A stretch of 38,993 nt of DNA from a virus (taxonomy: Duplodnaviria > Caudoviricetes). Position 1 is the stretch's first letter. Every line of letters starts with the position of its first letter. The DNA is taken from positions 1 through 38,993 of IMG/VR virus record IMGVR_UViG_3300032212_000066; one strand, written 5' to 3'. Positions 8,790 through 16,283 of this stretch are shown here, piece after piece. The position numbers and the translations under genes are program-made. The notes under the pieces are model-generated. The model was given only the letters and a program-made list of their open reading frames with translations. It ran no database searches and had not been told where the DNA came from.

Positions 8790-9340
8790 CCGCCCGGGCC
8801 CTCCTCAAGGGCGCCGGTGCCTTGTTTGGCCAACACTGGCCGGTCCTGCTCGCTTCGACGATCGTCAGCGTGTCGATGCTGGTCTTTGTCGTCTGGCCCC
8901 TTGAGGCGGACGTGCGCCGCCTCGGGGGCCAGCTAAAAACAGCCAAGGCCGAACTGAGCGAGGAGCGACGTCGCCATCTGGCGAGCCGTGCCGAACTGTC
9001 GGCCGAACAGGATGCCCGCGCGGACGCTGCCGCCCGCGTGGTGGAGTTGGGGATTGAGAACGCCGCACTGGCCCGCGATCTCGATCGAGCCCAGAGGGTC
9101 GCGCAAACCGCGCGGCAAGAAGCGGCCAGTCAAGCAGAAAGGACGATCAATGAAACCGACCCTGATTGGTCTAGTGTCAGCGTTCCTGGCGCTGTCGCTA
9201 TCGAGTTGTGCCTCGGCCTCGCCGCCATCGCTGGCGCCGGAGACGGAGTACATTACGCGGATTGTGGAGGTTCGGCCGGAGATGACGGTCGACCAGGAGC
9301 AGGCGCCGGCGACGTGCCCGGCCACGCTCGCCGCCAATAA
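8786..9340 (+). CDS. Inner-membrane spanin (Rz-like)
   Basis: N-terminal TM helix, long coiled coil, follows endolysin, overlaps a lipoprotein gene. Confidence 0.7.
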   Translation: MTARALLKGAGALFGQHWPVLLASTIVSVSMLVFVVWPLEADVRRLGGQLKTAKAELSEERRRHLASRAELSAEQDARADAAARVVELGIENAALARDLDRAQRVAQTARQEAASQAERTINETDPDWSSVSVPGAVAIELCLGLAAIAGAGDGVHYADCGGSAGDDGRPGAGAGDVPGHARRQ

Positions 9341-9470
9341 CGGCACTCTGACCGCTGCCTATCTGGCCTGTGCCGTGATCGCGGCCGACAACGCCGGCCA
9401 GGTCGAGAGCTTGCAGAGTCTGATCCTCGGCCGCGAACCCTCCCCGCCTGAACGCGCCTCGCCAGACTGA
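9150..9470 (+). CDS. Outer-membrane lipoprotein spanin (Rz1-like)
   Basis: MKPTLIGLVSAFLALSLSSC signal peptide with lipobox; overlaps i-spanin in another frame; further Cys residues. Confidence 0.75.
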   Translation: MKPTLIGLVSAFLALSLSSCASASPPSLAPETEYITRIVEVRPEMTVDQEQAPATCPATLAANNGTLTAAYLACAVIAADNAGQVESLQSLILGREPSPPERASPD

Positions 9471-9502
9471 CAATAGATCCCGGCACCATGAGTGCCCAAG
9501 AG

Positions 9503-9534
9503 AAAACCCGCCGTAGATCTACGGCGGGTTTTTT
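9503..9534. terminator. Bidirectional intrinsic terminator
   Basis: Perfect 30-bp palindrome AAAACCCGCCGTAGATCTACGGCGGGTTTT (9503-9532) between convergent genes. Confidence 0.9.
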
Positions 9535-9558
9535 CAATCGTTGCCTGGCAGTGAACGG

Positions 9559-9795
9559 TTATGACTGGACGCGCTCGCAGATCACGCCCCGGCCGGCGGG
9601 CTCGTAATGATCATTCACCCGATACCAAGTGGTGTCCGGGTCGGTCTGATCATAGTGGTGCGTCGTCTCGATAATGTGCCCGTTGCAGTCGATCGCGTAG
9701 ACTTCCGGCTCGCTGATTGGTGCGGGCTGACATGCGGCAATCAACAAGGTCGATGCTGTCGCGGCAAGCGTGCGAGGGCGTCGCGCTGCGATCAA
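9559..9795 (-). CDS. Small lipoprotein (moron; possible superinfection exclusion)
   Basis: Basic N-region, hydrophobic stretch and lipobox LIAAC; start uncertain (TTG 9795 or GTG 9849). Confidence 0.55.
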   Translation of the reverse strand: MIAARRPRTLAATASTLLIAACQPAPISEPEVYAIDCNGHIIETTHHYDQTDPDTTWYRVNDHYEPAGRGVICERVQS

Positions 9796-9859
9796 ACCCT
9801 GAACAGAAGTCTCACGTGAGACTTTCAAAATCCGCAGAAAAAGTCTCACAAGGCGCGAT

Positions 9860-9874
9860 GTTCTGGTGGTGTTC
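9860..9874. promoter_or_regulatory. Possible alphaproteobacterial LexA (SOS) box
   Basis: GTTC-TGGTGGT-GTTC matches GTTC-N7-GTTC, upstream of the lipoprotein gene; about one such match is expected by chance in a genome of this size. Confidence 0.4.
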
Positions 9875-9921
9875 CAGTGGCCAATTGGCCGTGATCGCCT
9901 TGTATGATTAGCGCTTGAGAG

Positions 9922-9966
9922 TGGCTCCTCGGGACGGGCTCGAACCGCCGACCCGGTGATTAACAG
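9922..9966 (-). tRNA. 3' half of tRNA-Asn(GTT) = attP core (not a complete tRNA)
   Basis: Minus strand CTGTTAA TCACC GGGTC GGCGG TTCGAGC CCGTC CCGAGGA GCCA gives anticodon loop, T-arm, acceptor strand and CCA; the 5' half is absent. Confidence 0.9.
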
Positions 9967-10026
9967 GCCCGTGGATTGTCTGGCCAGTGGTTCAATTTCA
10001 ATAGGATAGATGGGGGCGTTTCCCGT

Positions 10027-10438
10027 CTTCATCATGTTTTCCTCTCGGTAGTCTCACGGTTATTAGGTGGCAAGGTCTCACGCCCCTCTGCTGGCTCTAT
10101 TGCCGGCTCCCATCCGTTTGGGCCAAGCCGTTTCCATCGGGTGCTGAGTGGCTGAGCGTGTCTTAACTCCACGGTGCCGCCCCCGGGAAAATGTGCGGTG
10201 TGGTAGAGGTGATCCAGTTCCGCCGGCAGGCCGTTTCGTTCAAGCAGATCGATCAATGACATCCACTTTTTGGTGATGGAGGTACCGGCACCCAGGCAGT
10301 CTAGGTATCGGCCACCCCTTGTCGCCATAGCGCAGGCGGTAAGCATGGCTTGGCTCGTCTTGCCGTACGGTCTGTGACTTGTGACCAGGACGACTTTTTG
10401 GGGCAGGCTGCTCGGCTTCATCATGTTTTCCTCTCGGT
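10027..10438. repeat. 23-bp direct repeats (10027-10049 and 10416-10438) bracketing one gene
   Basis: CTTCATCATGTTTTCCTCTCGGT occurs twice; on the minus strand it reads RBS GAGAGG plus ATGATGAAG. Confidence 0.9.
10032..10424 (-). CDS. Hypothetical protein with a P-loop-like motif (resembles a terminase ATPase N-terminal fragment)
   Basis: Good RBS; VVLVTSHRPYGKT and FPGGGTVEL motifs; lower GC than neighbours. Confidence 0.55.
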   Translation of the reverse strand: MMKPSSLPQKVVLVTSHRPYGKTSQAMLTACAMATRGGRYLDCLGAGTSITKKWMSLIDLLERNGLPAELDHLYHTAHFPGGGTVELRHAQPLSTRWKRLGPNGWEPAIEPAEGRETLPPNNRETTERKT

Positions 10439-10478
10439 GGCCCAGCGGTTTGTCCGGCGAGTAGATGGTTGGACTTGC

Positions 10479-11975
10479 CTAGATCTTGAGCCCGGTCGCT
10501 TTGGCCTGGCGCTCGAGGGCGGCGCCGGCCTTGTCCGCGAAGGTGGGGTTTATGACCAGGTAGTGCTTGAGGAGCTTGAGCAGGTTCTCGACGCTGGATC
10601 CATGCCAGGATGCGATCTCAGCCAGGCGTGCCTCGTTCTCGGTGCCCAGCGCCTCGAACAGGCGGGTAACGCCGGTGTCGCGGCTGTCGGCCAGGGTGAG
10701 CGATTTGTTTGCCTGACCGAAGGCGTCCCGTCCCTGGCCGATCAGGCTCGGCTCGAGGCGGCCGGCAAAAGCGCGGGCGCGGATCCAGTGCGAGTTGAGG
10801 CGCTTGAAATAGACTTGCCCCGGCGTCGTGGCGCTCTCGCCCGTGACCTGGCGATAGGGAAGCCGGGCCTCCGTGTCGTAGAAAACAAGCCGCTCGAGGT
10901 CGTCGGCGGGGAGCTGCACATCGAGACCGGAGCGCGCGGCCCGGGCAAGCTCGATCGCTTCGCGGGCCGGCTCGAGGAGCGGGACGTGAACGGGGCGGCC
11001 GGTCTTGGATTGGCGCAGGGTGAAATAGCCGCCGGCGATCTGGTGATCGGTCGCGCTGGCTACATCGTTGACGCGCTGGCATGTCCAAAGTGCAAACAGC
11101 CAGGCGGCGGCGGCGCCGGCTACGGCCGGCGGGATCTCCTCGGCCTCGAGGGCGCGGCCTTCCCGGCGGGCGATCTGCTCTGCCAGGATCTCCGGGCGAG
11201 CCAGGGCGTCGAACATGGCGGCGGCCTCGGCCGGTGTGGCCATGCGCAGGCGGCCGCCAGGCTGGCCAAGGCCGAGCTGGGTGTAGATCTCCGGATGCGG
11301 GAGGGACGCCATTGCTGCGGGGTCCTTGCGGCGCAGCCAGTTGAAAGCGCGGCTGAGGGAGCGCTGCGCGCGGACGGCCGAATGCCACCCGGCTTCCTGG
11401 ATCAGGGTTTCAAAAACCAGTTCCAGATCTGCGCGGGTAATGGCGCGCGGATTGTCGGGGCCGAGTATCGGGCGGAGAAGGGCAAGGCCGCTGCGATAGG
11501 TGGAGACGGTGTGCGCGCCGATCGGGTCGCGCCGGCCGGCTTCGCCACGTTGCTCCTTGAGGACCCGGCCGGCGGCGCAGGCCTCGAGGAATTGATCGAA
11601 CCATTCCGCGGTTGTCCGGGTGCGTGCCTGGGGCCGTGCCGCCGGCCGCGTCTTCTCGATTTGCTGGCGGGTTGCGTCGGCGACCGCCTGGACGGCGCGG
11701 ATCGCGTCTGCAAGATCCAGCGGCGGGCCGTCGACTGTCAGGGCAGCGCAGCCCTCCGGTGCTTCCTGGAAGCCGAGGCCGCGCCAGCCCTCTTTGGTTT
11801 CTGCGATCGGGGATCCAGGAGCGCCGAGCAGGTAGAAGCCCTTGAAGCCGCGCTTGCGGAGCGATGGCCCCGGGACCCAGCGATAACGGGCGGTGCCGTC
11901 CGGAAGCGGGCGGCTGTGTGTGAGGCCGGGGGCCTCGCCTCGTTTCAGTCGAAGGGCCATGCGGCTGGCTTTCAT
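10479..11975 (-). CDS. int: Tyrosine integrase
   Basis: TCQRVND (R), QSKTG (K), LADSRDT (R) and LKHYL (Y) catalytic motifs; near attP and excisionase. Confidence 0.88.
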   Translation of the reverse strand: MKASRMALRLKRGEAPGLTHSRPLPDGTARYRWVPGPSLRKRGFKGFYLLGAPGSPIAETKEGWRGLGFQEAPEGCAALTVDGPPLDLADAIRAVQAVADATRQQIEKTRPAARPQARTRTTAEWFDQFLEACAAGRVLKEQRGEAGRRDPIGAHTVSTYRSGLALLRPILGPDNPRAITRADLELVFETLIQEAGWHSAVRAQRSLSRAFNWLRRKDPAAMASLPHPEIYTQLGLGQPGGRLRMATPAEAAAMFDALARPEILAEQIARREGRALEAEEIPPAVAGAAAAWLFALWTCQRVNDVASATDHQIAGGYFTLRQSKTGRPVHVPLLEPAREAIELARAARSGLDVQLPADDLERLVFYDTEARLPYRQVTGESATTPGQVYFKRLNSHWIRARAFAGRLEPSLIGQGRDAFGQANKSLTLADSRDTGVTRLFEALGTENEARLAEIASWHGSSVENLLKLLKHYLVINPTFADKAGAALERQAKATGLKI

Positions 11976-11991
11976 GCGCGTCGGATCCTTT

Positions 11992-12348
11992 CTAGCGTTG
12001 GTTGATCAAAAGGCGCAAGCGGCCGGCGATCTCGGGCCGAGGCTCGAGCGTGTTCTCGCCGGCCGCTTGCAAGTGGGCAGCCCCGGGTACTGACGGGGAG
12101 GAGGAGGGGGTGTCAGCGCCGGCGTTCGATTGATCGAACCCGCCGGCCTTGTCCCAGGACTGCAGATCACCCAGGCGGTAGAGATTGCGGCGTCGGGGTT
12201 TCGGGAAGGCCGCCCTCTTCCGCTTGGGTGCATCGTTGTAGAATGTCTTCATTGACCCGTACCCCATGCGCGCGGCGACCTCTGGTGTGGTGAGCCAGGT
12301 CTCCGGATCTCCGGCAAAGCCGAGCGTGGGGGCGGCGGGCAGGGTCAT
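11992..12348 (-). CDS. Excisionase/AlpA-like HTH protein
   Basis: WLTTPEVAARMGY...TFY...FPKP...YRLGDLQSW pattern; directly upstream of the integrase. Confidence 0.7.
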   Translation of the reverse strand: MTLPAAPTLGFAGDPETWLTTPEVAARMGYGSMKTFYNDAPKRKRAAFPKPRRRNLYRLGDLQSWDKAGGFDQSNAGADTPSSSPSVPGAAHLQAAGENTLEPRPEIAGRLRLLINQR

Positions 12349-12626
12349 TCCTGGTTCAGCGTCTCGCCGATCTCGTGCTGCAATTTCATCAGCAATCCGG
12401 AGAGCTTGATGTGGTGGGTGAAGTTGTGGGCAATCAGGTGCGTGACAAGGAACGGGTCCTCCTGGTTCGCGCTGATGTCCTCATAGGCAATCGCGTAGTT
12501 GCGCAACATCCCCGCCTGCGCCAGTTTCAAGGCGTCTTCGAGCGCCTCGACGATCTCGGCAACAGGCTCGCGACTGTTCATTGATCGGGCGCGGTCATTG
12601 AGGAAGTGTATCGGTTCATCGCTCAT
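12345..12626 (-). CDS. Hypothetical phage protein
   Basis: ATG at 12626 after GGGGAGGG; IVEALEDALKLAQAG helix; coupled to neighbours. Confidence 0.65.
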   Translation of the reverse strand: MSDEPIHFLNDRARSMNSREPVAEIVEALEDALKLAQAGMLRNYAIAYEDISANQEDPFLVTHLIAHNFTHHIKLSGLLMKLQHEIGETLNQE

Positions 12627-12630
12627 TCCA

Positions 12631-12969
12631 TTACCCTCCCCGGCCCGCACATCGTTGCTGCCGGCTTTCTGAGGGCGACACAACGGGGTGCGAGCCGATG
12701 GCTGCGGGTGGAACTTGTGGGGGCGAAGGCGCGCTGATCAGGGTGCCCTGAAATTCGGCGAGCGCGGCCCAGCGCTCGGCCTCTGGATCCTCGGCGCGCC
12801 AGCCGGGAACATAGACCTTGGCGCCGCAGATCTCGGCGAAGCGGAAAATTGCCCGCTGCCAGGCCTTGTCGTGTCCCATGCCGATCAGGATCTGCCCAGG
12901 CGCCGGGACATGCGAGCGCGAAAAGACGATTGCGCCGGTGTCGAGGATGAGGTGAGCGGCGAGGGTCAT
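12631..12969 (-). CDS. Hypothetical phage protein
   Basis: ATGA coupling with upstream gene, RBS GGGGAGG. Confidence 0.6.
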   Translation of the reverse strand: MTLAAHLILDTGAIVFSRSHVPAPGQILIGMGHDKAWQRAIFRFAEICGAKVYVPGWRAEDPEAERWAALAEFQGTLISAPSPPQVPPAAIGSHPVVSPSESRQQRCAGRGG

Positions 12970-13469
12970 GATGCGGCCTCCCCGTCATCGGCCCGCGCCT
13001 CGTCATCCTGCTTCTTGTGCCAGGCGGTTTCGCCGTGTTGCAGGATGAACTCGAAGTCTTCGACGGGCAGGGTCTCATCCATGGCGCGTTGCCAGAGATC
13101 GAGAGTGCCGTCGCGATCAGGCGGGCCACCTTCCGGGCCGCCCTCCGGGTCGTCGCTGGTGAGCGCGACATAAAGCGCGTGGGCGATGCGGGCATGGCGC
13201 AAAGCCATGTCCGGCATGCACAGAAACGGGCCGTCTTCCACAGGCCAATCGGTCGTGACTTTGGCCGGGTCCGGCTCGCGATCTTCAACCACGGCGCGCT
13301 CGACTTCTGTCAGTTCGCCCGCCCAGCCGGAGAATGTGAATGCTGCATGGCGTCCGGTCAGGCGCTTGAATTCAGCCTCAACAGCGTGTCGCATGGGGAG
13401 GTCGCTGCCGCTTGGCAGCTCGGCCGGCACGGTTGCGCCGATCTTGCATGTCCAGATTTTCTCGCTCAT
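12966..13469 (-). CDS. Hypothetical phage protein
   Basis: ATGA coupling; KIWTCKIG..GSDLPMRHAVE..FSGW motif. Confidence 0.7.
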   Translation of the reverse strand: MSEKIWTCKIGATVPAELPSGSDLPMRHAVEAEFKRLTGRHAAFTFSGWAGELTEVERAVVEDREPDPAKVTTDWPVEDGPFLCMPDMALRHARIAHALYVALTSDDPEGGPEGGPPDRDGTLDLWQRAMDETLPVEDFEFILQHGETAWHKKQDDEARADDGEAAS

Positions 13470-13795
13470 CCCTCGCCCTCCCCGTCATCGGCTCGCGCCC
13501 GGTCGAGGCGTTCAATCTCTGCCAGAAGTAGCGCGGCGGCGCGGACCAGATTGGCGCGCGGATCCTTCGGTTTCCAGTCGCTCCAACTCCAGGGCCACAA
13601 TCCGCGAATACGTTCGCCATCGGGGCGGAAAACCCGCGCGCCAGCGGCGTAACAAGCGGCCGCATCGGCCAGCTCGCCCGCATGGTGCTGATCGTCATGC
13701 TCTTCCGTCCAGCCCTCTCCGGACACTTGGCGTTGCCGCTCTGTCAATACTGCGAGCGCGGCGCCCGATAGCGGGTTCGTGTTGGTGTCGCTCAT
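13466..13795 (-). CDS. Conserved phage early protein
   Basis: ERQRQ..EGWT.EHDD.H..GELA.AAACYA...WPW...WKP...AEIERLDR motif common in proteobacterial phages; RBS GAGGAGG. Confidence 0.8.
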   Translation of the reverse strand: MSDTNTNPLSGAALAVLTERQRQVSGEGWTEEHDDQHHAGELADAAACYAAGARVFRPDGERIRGLWPWSWSDWKPKDPRANLVRAAALLLAEIERLDRARADDGEGEG

Positions 13796-13825
13796 TGGCG
13801 GTTCCTCCTCGTCGTGAGAAACCAC

Positions 13826-13876
13826 TTTCACCATATTGGTGACTAAACTGTCAATAGGTGATCACCAAATTGGTGA
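13826..13876 (-). promoter_or_regulatory. Leftward early promoter with two repressor operators
   Basis: TCACCATATTGGTGA (13828-13842) and TCACCAAATTGGTGA (13862-13876) flank a minus-strand TTGACA (13854-13849). Confidence 0.8.
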
Positions 13877-13952
13877 AAACATGCAGCCTGCCGCGCGAGC
13901 GCGCCTCCCGTTTTACGGGGCGCGTGAGTGCGAGTAGTTGCGGTGGTGGGGC

Positions 13953-14312
13953 TTAGGCTGCGGTGTCGTTCGCCGGCGAGCTTGCGATCGCCTTGAAAGC
14001 GGCGCGCCACTTCTCCTGGTCTTCCCGGGAGAGCGAACGGAATGTTTCAACCAGGTCGGCTTCGCTTTCGGTCAGGCCTTCGCCGGGCTCTGCAACCAAG
14101 TCTCCGATCGAGCATGCCAGCGCTTCGGCGAGTTGTTGTAGCTGGTAGACCCGCAGCCGTTTCGGGTCGGTCTCATAGCGCTGGATGGTTTGAGGGGTGC
14201 TGTCCATTTTCTCGGCCAGCTCCGCCAGGGTGAGGCCGCGCATCATTCGGATCTGTCGAAGATTATGCGGAACGTCCCGGCGTACCGAATTGTATGCCTT
14301 GCTCGAGCTCAT
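13953..14312 (-). CDS. CI-like XRE-family repressor (no S24 peptidase domain)
   Basis: LRQIRMMRGLTLAELAEKM..TPQTIQRYE HTH; divergent from a Cro-like gene. Confidence 0.85.
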   Translation of the reverse strand: MSSSKAYNSVRRDVPHNLRQIRMMRGLTLAELAEKMDSTPQTIQRYETDPKRLRVYQLQQLAEALACSIGDLVAEPGEGLTESEADLVETFRSLSREDQEKWRAAFKAIASSPANDTAA

Positions 14313-14413
14313 GGAACAGATTGTTCCACGCGCCGCGAGGCTGGGCGAGCGCCGGATCGGTGAAAAACCGTCCGTTCCTGGTTGACTGCTATGGCAAATC
14401 ACGCCTCTTAAAT

Positions 14414-14448
14414 ACACCAATCTGGTGATATTGGAACCGAATAGGTGA
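14414..14448. promoter_or_regulatory. Right operator region
   Basis: ACACCAATCTGGTGA (14414-14428) and GAACCGAATAGGTGA (14434-14448) match the left operators. Confidence 0.75.
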
Positions 14449-14456
14449 TTTTCACG

Positions 14457-14792
14457 ATGTCCTCGCATACGTCCTCCGCGCCTCCCACTGCAAATAAGCT
14501 GGATGAATTCCGGCGAAAAAAGGGCTGGACGCTAGCTATTCTTGCCGAGCAGCTGGGCGTGGCCGTGCAATCCGCCAGTCGGTACTGCCTCAGTCTCGAC
14601 GATGAGGACTACCGCTGCCCTAACCCGGAGGTTGCTGCAAAACTGCCTGCAATCACAAACGGTTCTGTCCATGTCGGTATGATGCTACCGGCCCCCGGCC
14701 GGGCCGTTCGCCGGGCGGCGCGCAGGCAGGCCGGGGCCAACCTGACGCCTCGTTCACATAAAATTATTCCGCCCACGGAGCGGCGGCCATGA
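14457..14792 (+). CDS. Cro-like HTH protein
   Basis: KLDEFRRKKGWTLAILAEQLGV...SRY...P.PEV..KL..IT.G.V pattern. Confidence 0.8.
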   Translation: MSSHTSSAPPTANKLDEFRRKKGWTLAILAEQLGVAVQSASRYCLSLDDEDYRCPNPEVAAKLPAITNGSVHVGMMLPAPGRAVRRAARRQAGANLTPRSHKIIPPTERRP

Positions 14793-14935
14793 GTAGCCGT
14801 TCCCAGGCGATGGCAGAGACCTTGGCGCGCATTATCAGGAGCTGCACCTTTCCCGTGCTGGTCCTGATTGCCGTGATCTGCCTGGCGCAATGCGCCGGCA
14901 ATCCGGCGCCAGCCTTTCCGATAGTCCAAGAGTGA
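14789..14935 (+). CDS. Small membrane/lipoprotein-like peptide (48 aa)
   Basis: ATGA overlap with the cro stop; hydrophobic PVLVLIAVICLAQC. Confidence 0.45.
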   Translation: MSSRSQAMAETLARIIRSCTFPVLVLIAVICLAQCAGNPAPAFPIVQE

Positions 14936-14944
14936 GGGACGCAC

Positions 14945-15073
14945 ATGACGACATGCATGATTGAGGTTCTGGCCGCGTTCTTTCTCGGCGCCGTATTTGG
15001 AACTGGCTTCGTGGTCGCCGGCTGTTGGGCATGCTTCCGCGCAGTGGCGAAGCGGTGGGGGGCTTCGTCGTGA
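14945..15073 (+). CDS. Small single-TM peptide (42 aa)
   Basis: RBS GAGGGA; VLAAFFLGAVFGTGFVVAG; GTGA overlap with the next gene. Confidence 0.5.
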   Translation: MTTCMIEVLAAFFLGAVFGTGFVVAGCWACFRAVAKRWGASS

Positions 15074-15879
15074 GTGTTCGACCGATCCGAGCCATATCGG
15101 CGCCAGGGCTCAGGCCGGCCGATATCTGCAAGCGGCCTGAATTGTGCTGGGTTGCCGTCGATCGCCTGGTCGTGAATGAGCGGTATCAGCGCGAGATCTC
15201 CGAGCGATCGGTAACGCTGATCCGGCGCATTGTGCAGAATTGGTCCTGGGATCGTGTTCGGCCGGCGGTCGTGGTGCGCTTGCCCGATGCGACCTTTGAA
15301 GTCCTGGACGGTCAGCACTTGGCTACGGCTGCCGCCACGCATGGCGGGGTCACGGAGATCCCGTGCCTCGTCCTTCCGCCAGTCTCGATCGAGGGAATGG
15401 CGGCGGCCTTCGTCGGTTTGAACCGGGACCGGGTTGGCATGACAAGCCAGCAGGTTTTCCGGGCCGAGCTCGAGGCTGGGGATCCGGTCTGTCTGGCGGT
15501 GCGCGATGGTGTTTTGTCTGGCGGTGGTGAGATCTTGTTGCGGCCGCCGGTGCGCGGTGAGTTCAAGATCGGGCAGACGATCGCGGTTGCCGCCCTCAAG
15601 GCGGTGGCGCGTGCCAAGGGCAAGGCCGGTGTGGCGCGCGTCGTTCGAGCGGGTATCGCGATGCGTCTGTCGCCGATTTCGGCCGCCTACGTCCAGGCTT
15701 TGCAGGCGTTGTTTTGGGCGCGCGAATATGCCGGTGAGCTCGAGGACGGCGCCTACACGGCTGCGGTACTACGGGCCGATCACCTCGCCCTGATCGATCG
15801 CGCAAAGGCGCGGGCCAAGGATCTGAAAATCACGAAGCACGCGGCGTTGTCGCAATTGATTTTCCAGGAGGCGTCATGA
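15070..15879 (+). CDS. ParB-like N-terminal domain protein (DUF6551-like)
   Basis: WVAVDRLVVNERYQR...FEVLDGQH..AA...IPC motif. Confidence 0.75.
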   Translation: MSVRPIRAISAPGLRPADICKRPELCWVAVDRLVVNERYQREISERSVTLIRRIVQNWSWDRVRPAVVVRLPDATFEVLDGQHLATAAATHGGVTEIPCLVLPPVSIEGMAAAFVGLNRDRVGMTSQQVFRAELEAGDPVCLAVRDGVLSGGGEILLRPPVRGEFKIGQTIAVAALKAVARAKGKAGVARVVRAGIAMRLSPISAAYVQALQALFWAREYAGELEDGAYTAAVLRADHLALIDRAKARAKDLKITKHAALSQLIFQEAS

Positions 15880-16283
15880 GCGCTCTCCGTGACGATGAGT
15901 TGGCGGCGCGCTGCGTTGCCCTCGAGGGTGAGAATGACGCCCTGCGCGCCCGGATCCGCGATCTGGAGGCGGAGGTTTACGGCGCCCCGTGGCGTGCCCC
16001 TCCAGAGCTGTGCCTGACCCGATCGGAGGAGAAGCTTTTGGCGGTGCTGGTCGGTCGCGAGCAGGTCGAGAAGCGTTTCCTGTTCAATGAGCTCTATGGC
16101 GACCGCCTCGATGACGTTCCCAACGATAAGATTTTCGACGTTTTCGTCTGCAAGCTGCGAGCGAAAATGAAGCCGTTCGGTCTGGAGATCCAAACTATAT
16201 GGGGGCGCGGCTATACCCTGCCTCCGGAGACCCGCCGGCGTCTTCGCGAAGGGCTGGCCGAGGGTGGTGCCGATGTCAGCTGA
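15876..16283 (+). CDS. Coiled coil plus OmpR/CtrA-type winged-helix DNA-binding protein (no receiver domain)
   Basis: LT..E..LL..L...LYG..D.P..KIFDVFVCKLR.K...IQTIWGRGY closely parallels the CtrA C-terminal domain. Confidence 0.8.
   Translation: MSALRDDELAARCVALEGENDALRARIRDLEAEVYGAPWRAPPELCLTRSEEKLLAVLVGREQVEKRFLFNELYGDRLDDVPNDKIFDVFVCKLRAKMKPFGLEIQTIWGRGYTLPPETRRRLREGLAEGGADVS

Larger units (their letters stand above)
9807..10081. other. attP region with GTCTCAC arm-type repeats
   Basis: 18-bp palindrome AAGTCTCACGTGAGACTT (9807-9824) and further copies at 9841, 10050 and 10075 flank the tRNA fragment; integrase is nearby. Confidence 0.75.

Noticed and set aside
4288-9470. BPP-1-style diversity-generating retroelement near the tail fibre
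   Set aside because: No reverse transcriptase ORF and no TR/VR repeat pair differing at adenines was seen
9922-10000. Complete phage-encoded tRNA gene
   Set aside because: No D-arm, 5' acceptor strand or 5' anticodon stem upstream of CTGTTAA; it is an attP core
9559-10035. 158-aa protein as one functional product
   Set aside because: It reads through the attP core and places the lipoprotein signal internally; only the 3' part is called as a CDS
10350-12005. 551-aa plus-strand ORF and other long antisense ORFs (e.g. 5401-7218, 17068-18624, 24825-26621, 32484-33689)
   Set aside because: Shadow frames of real genes in GC-rich DNA, with no motifs, RBS or promoter, unlike the 1472-1278 ORF
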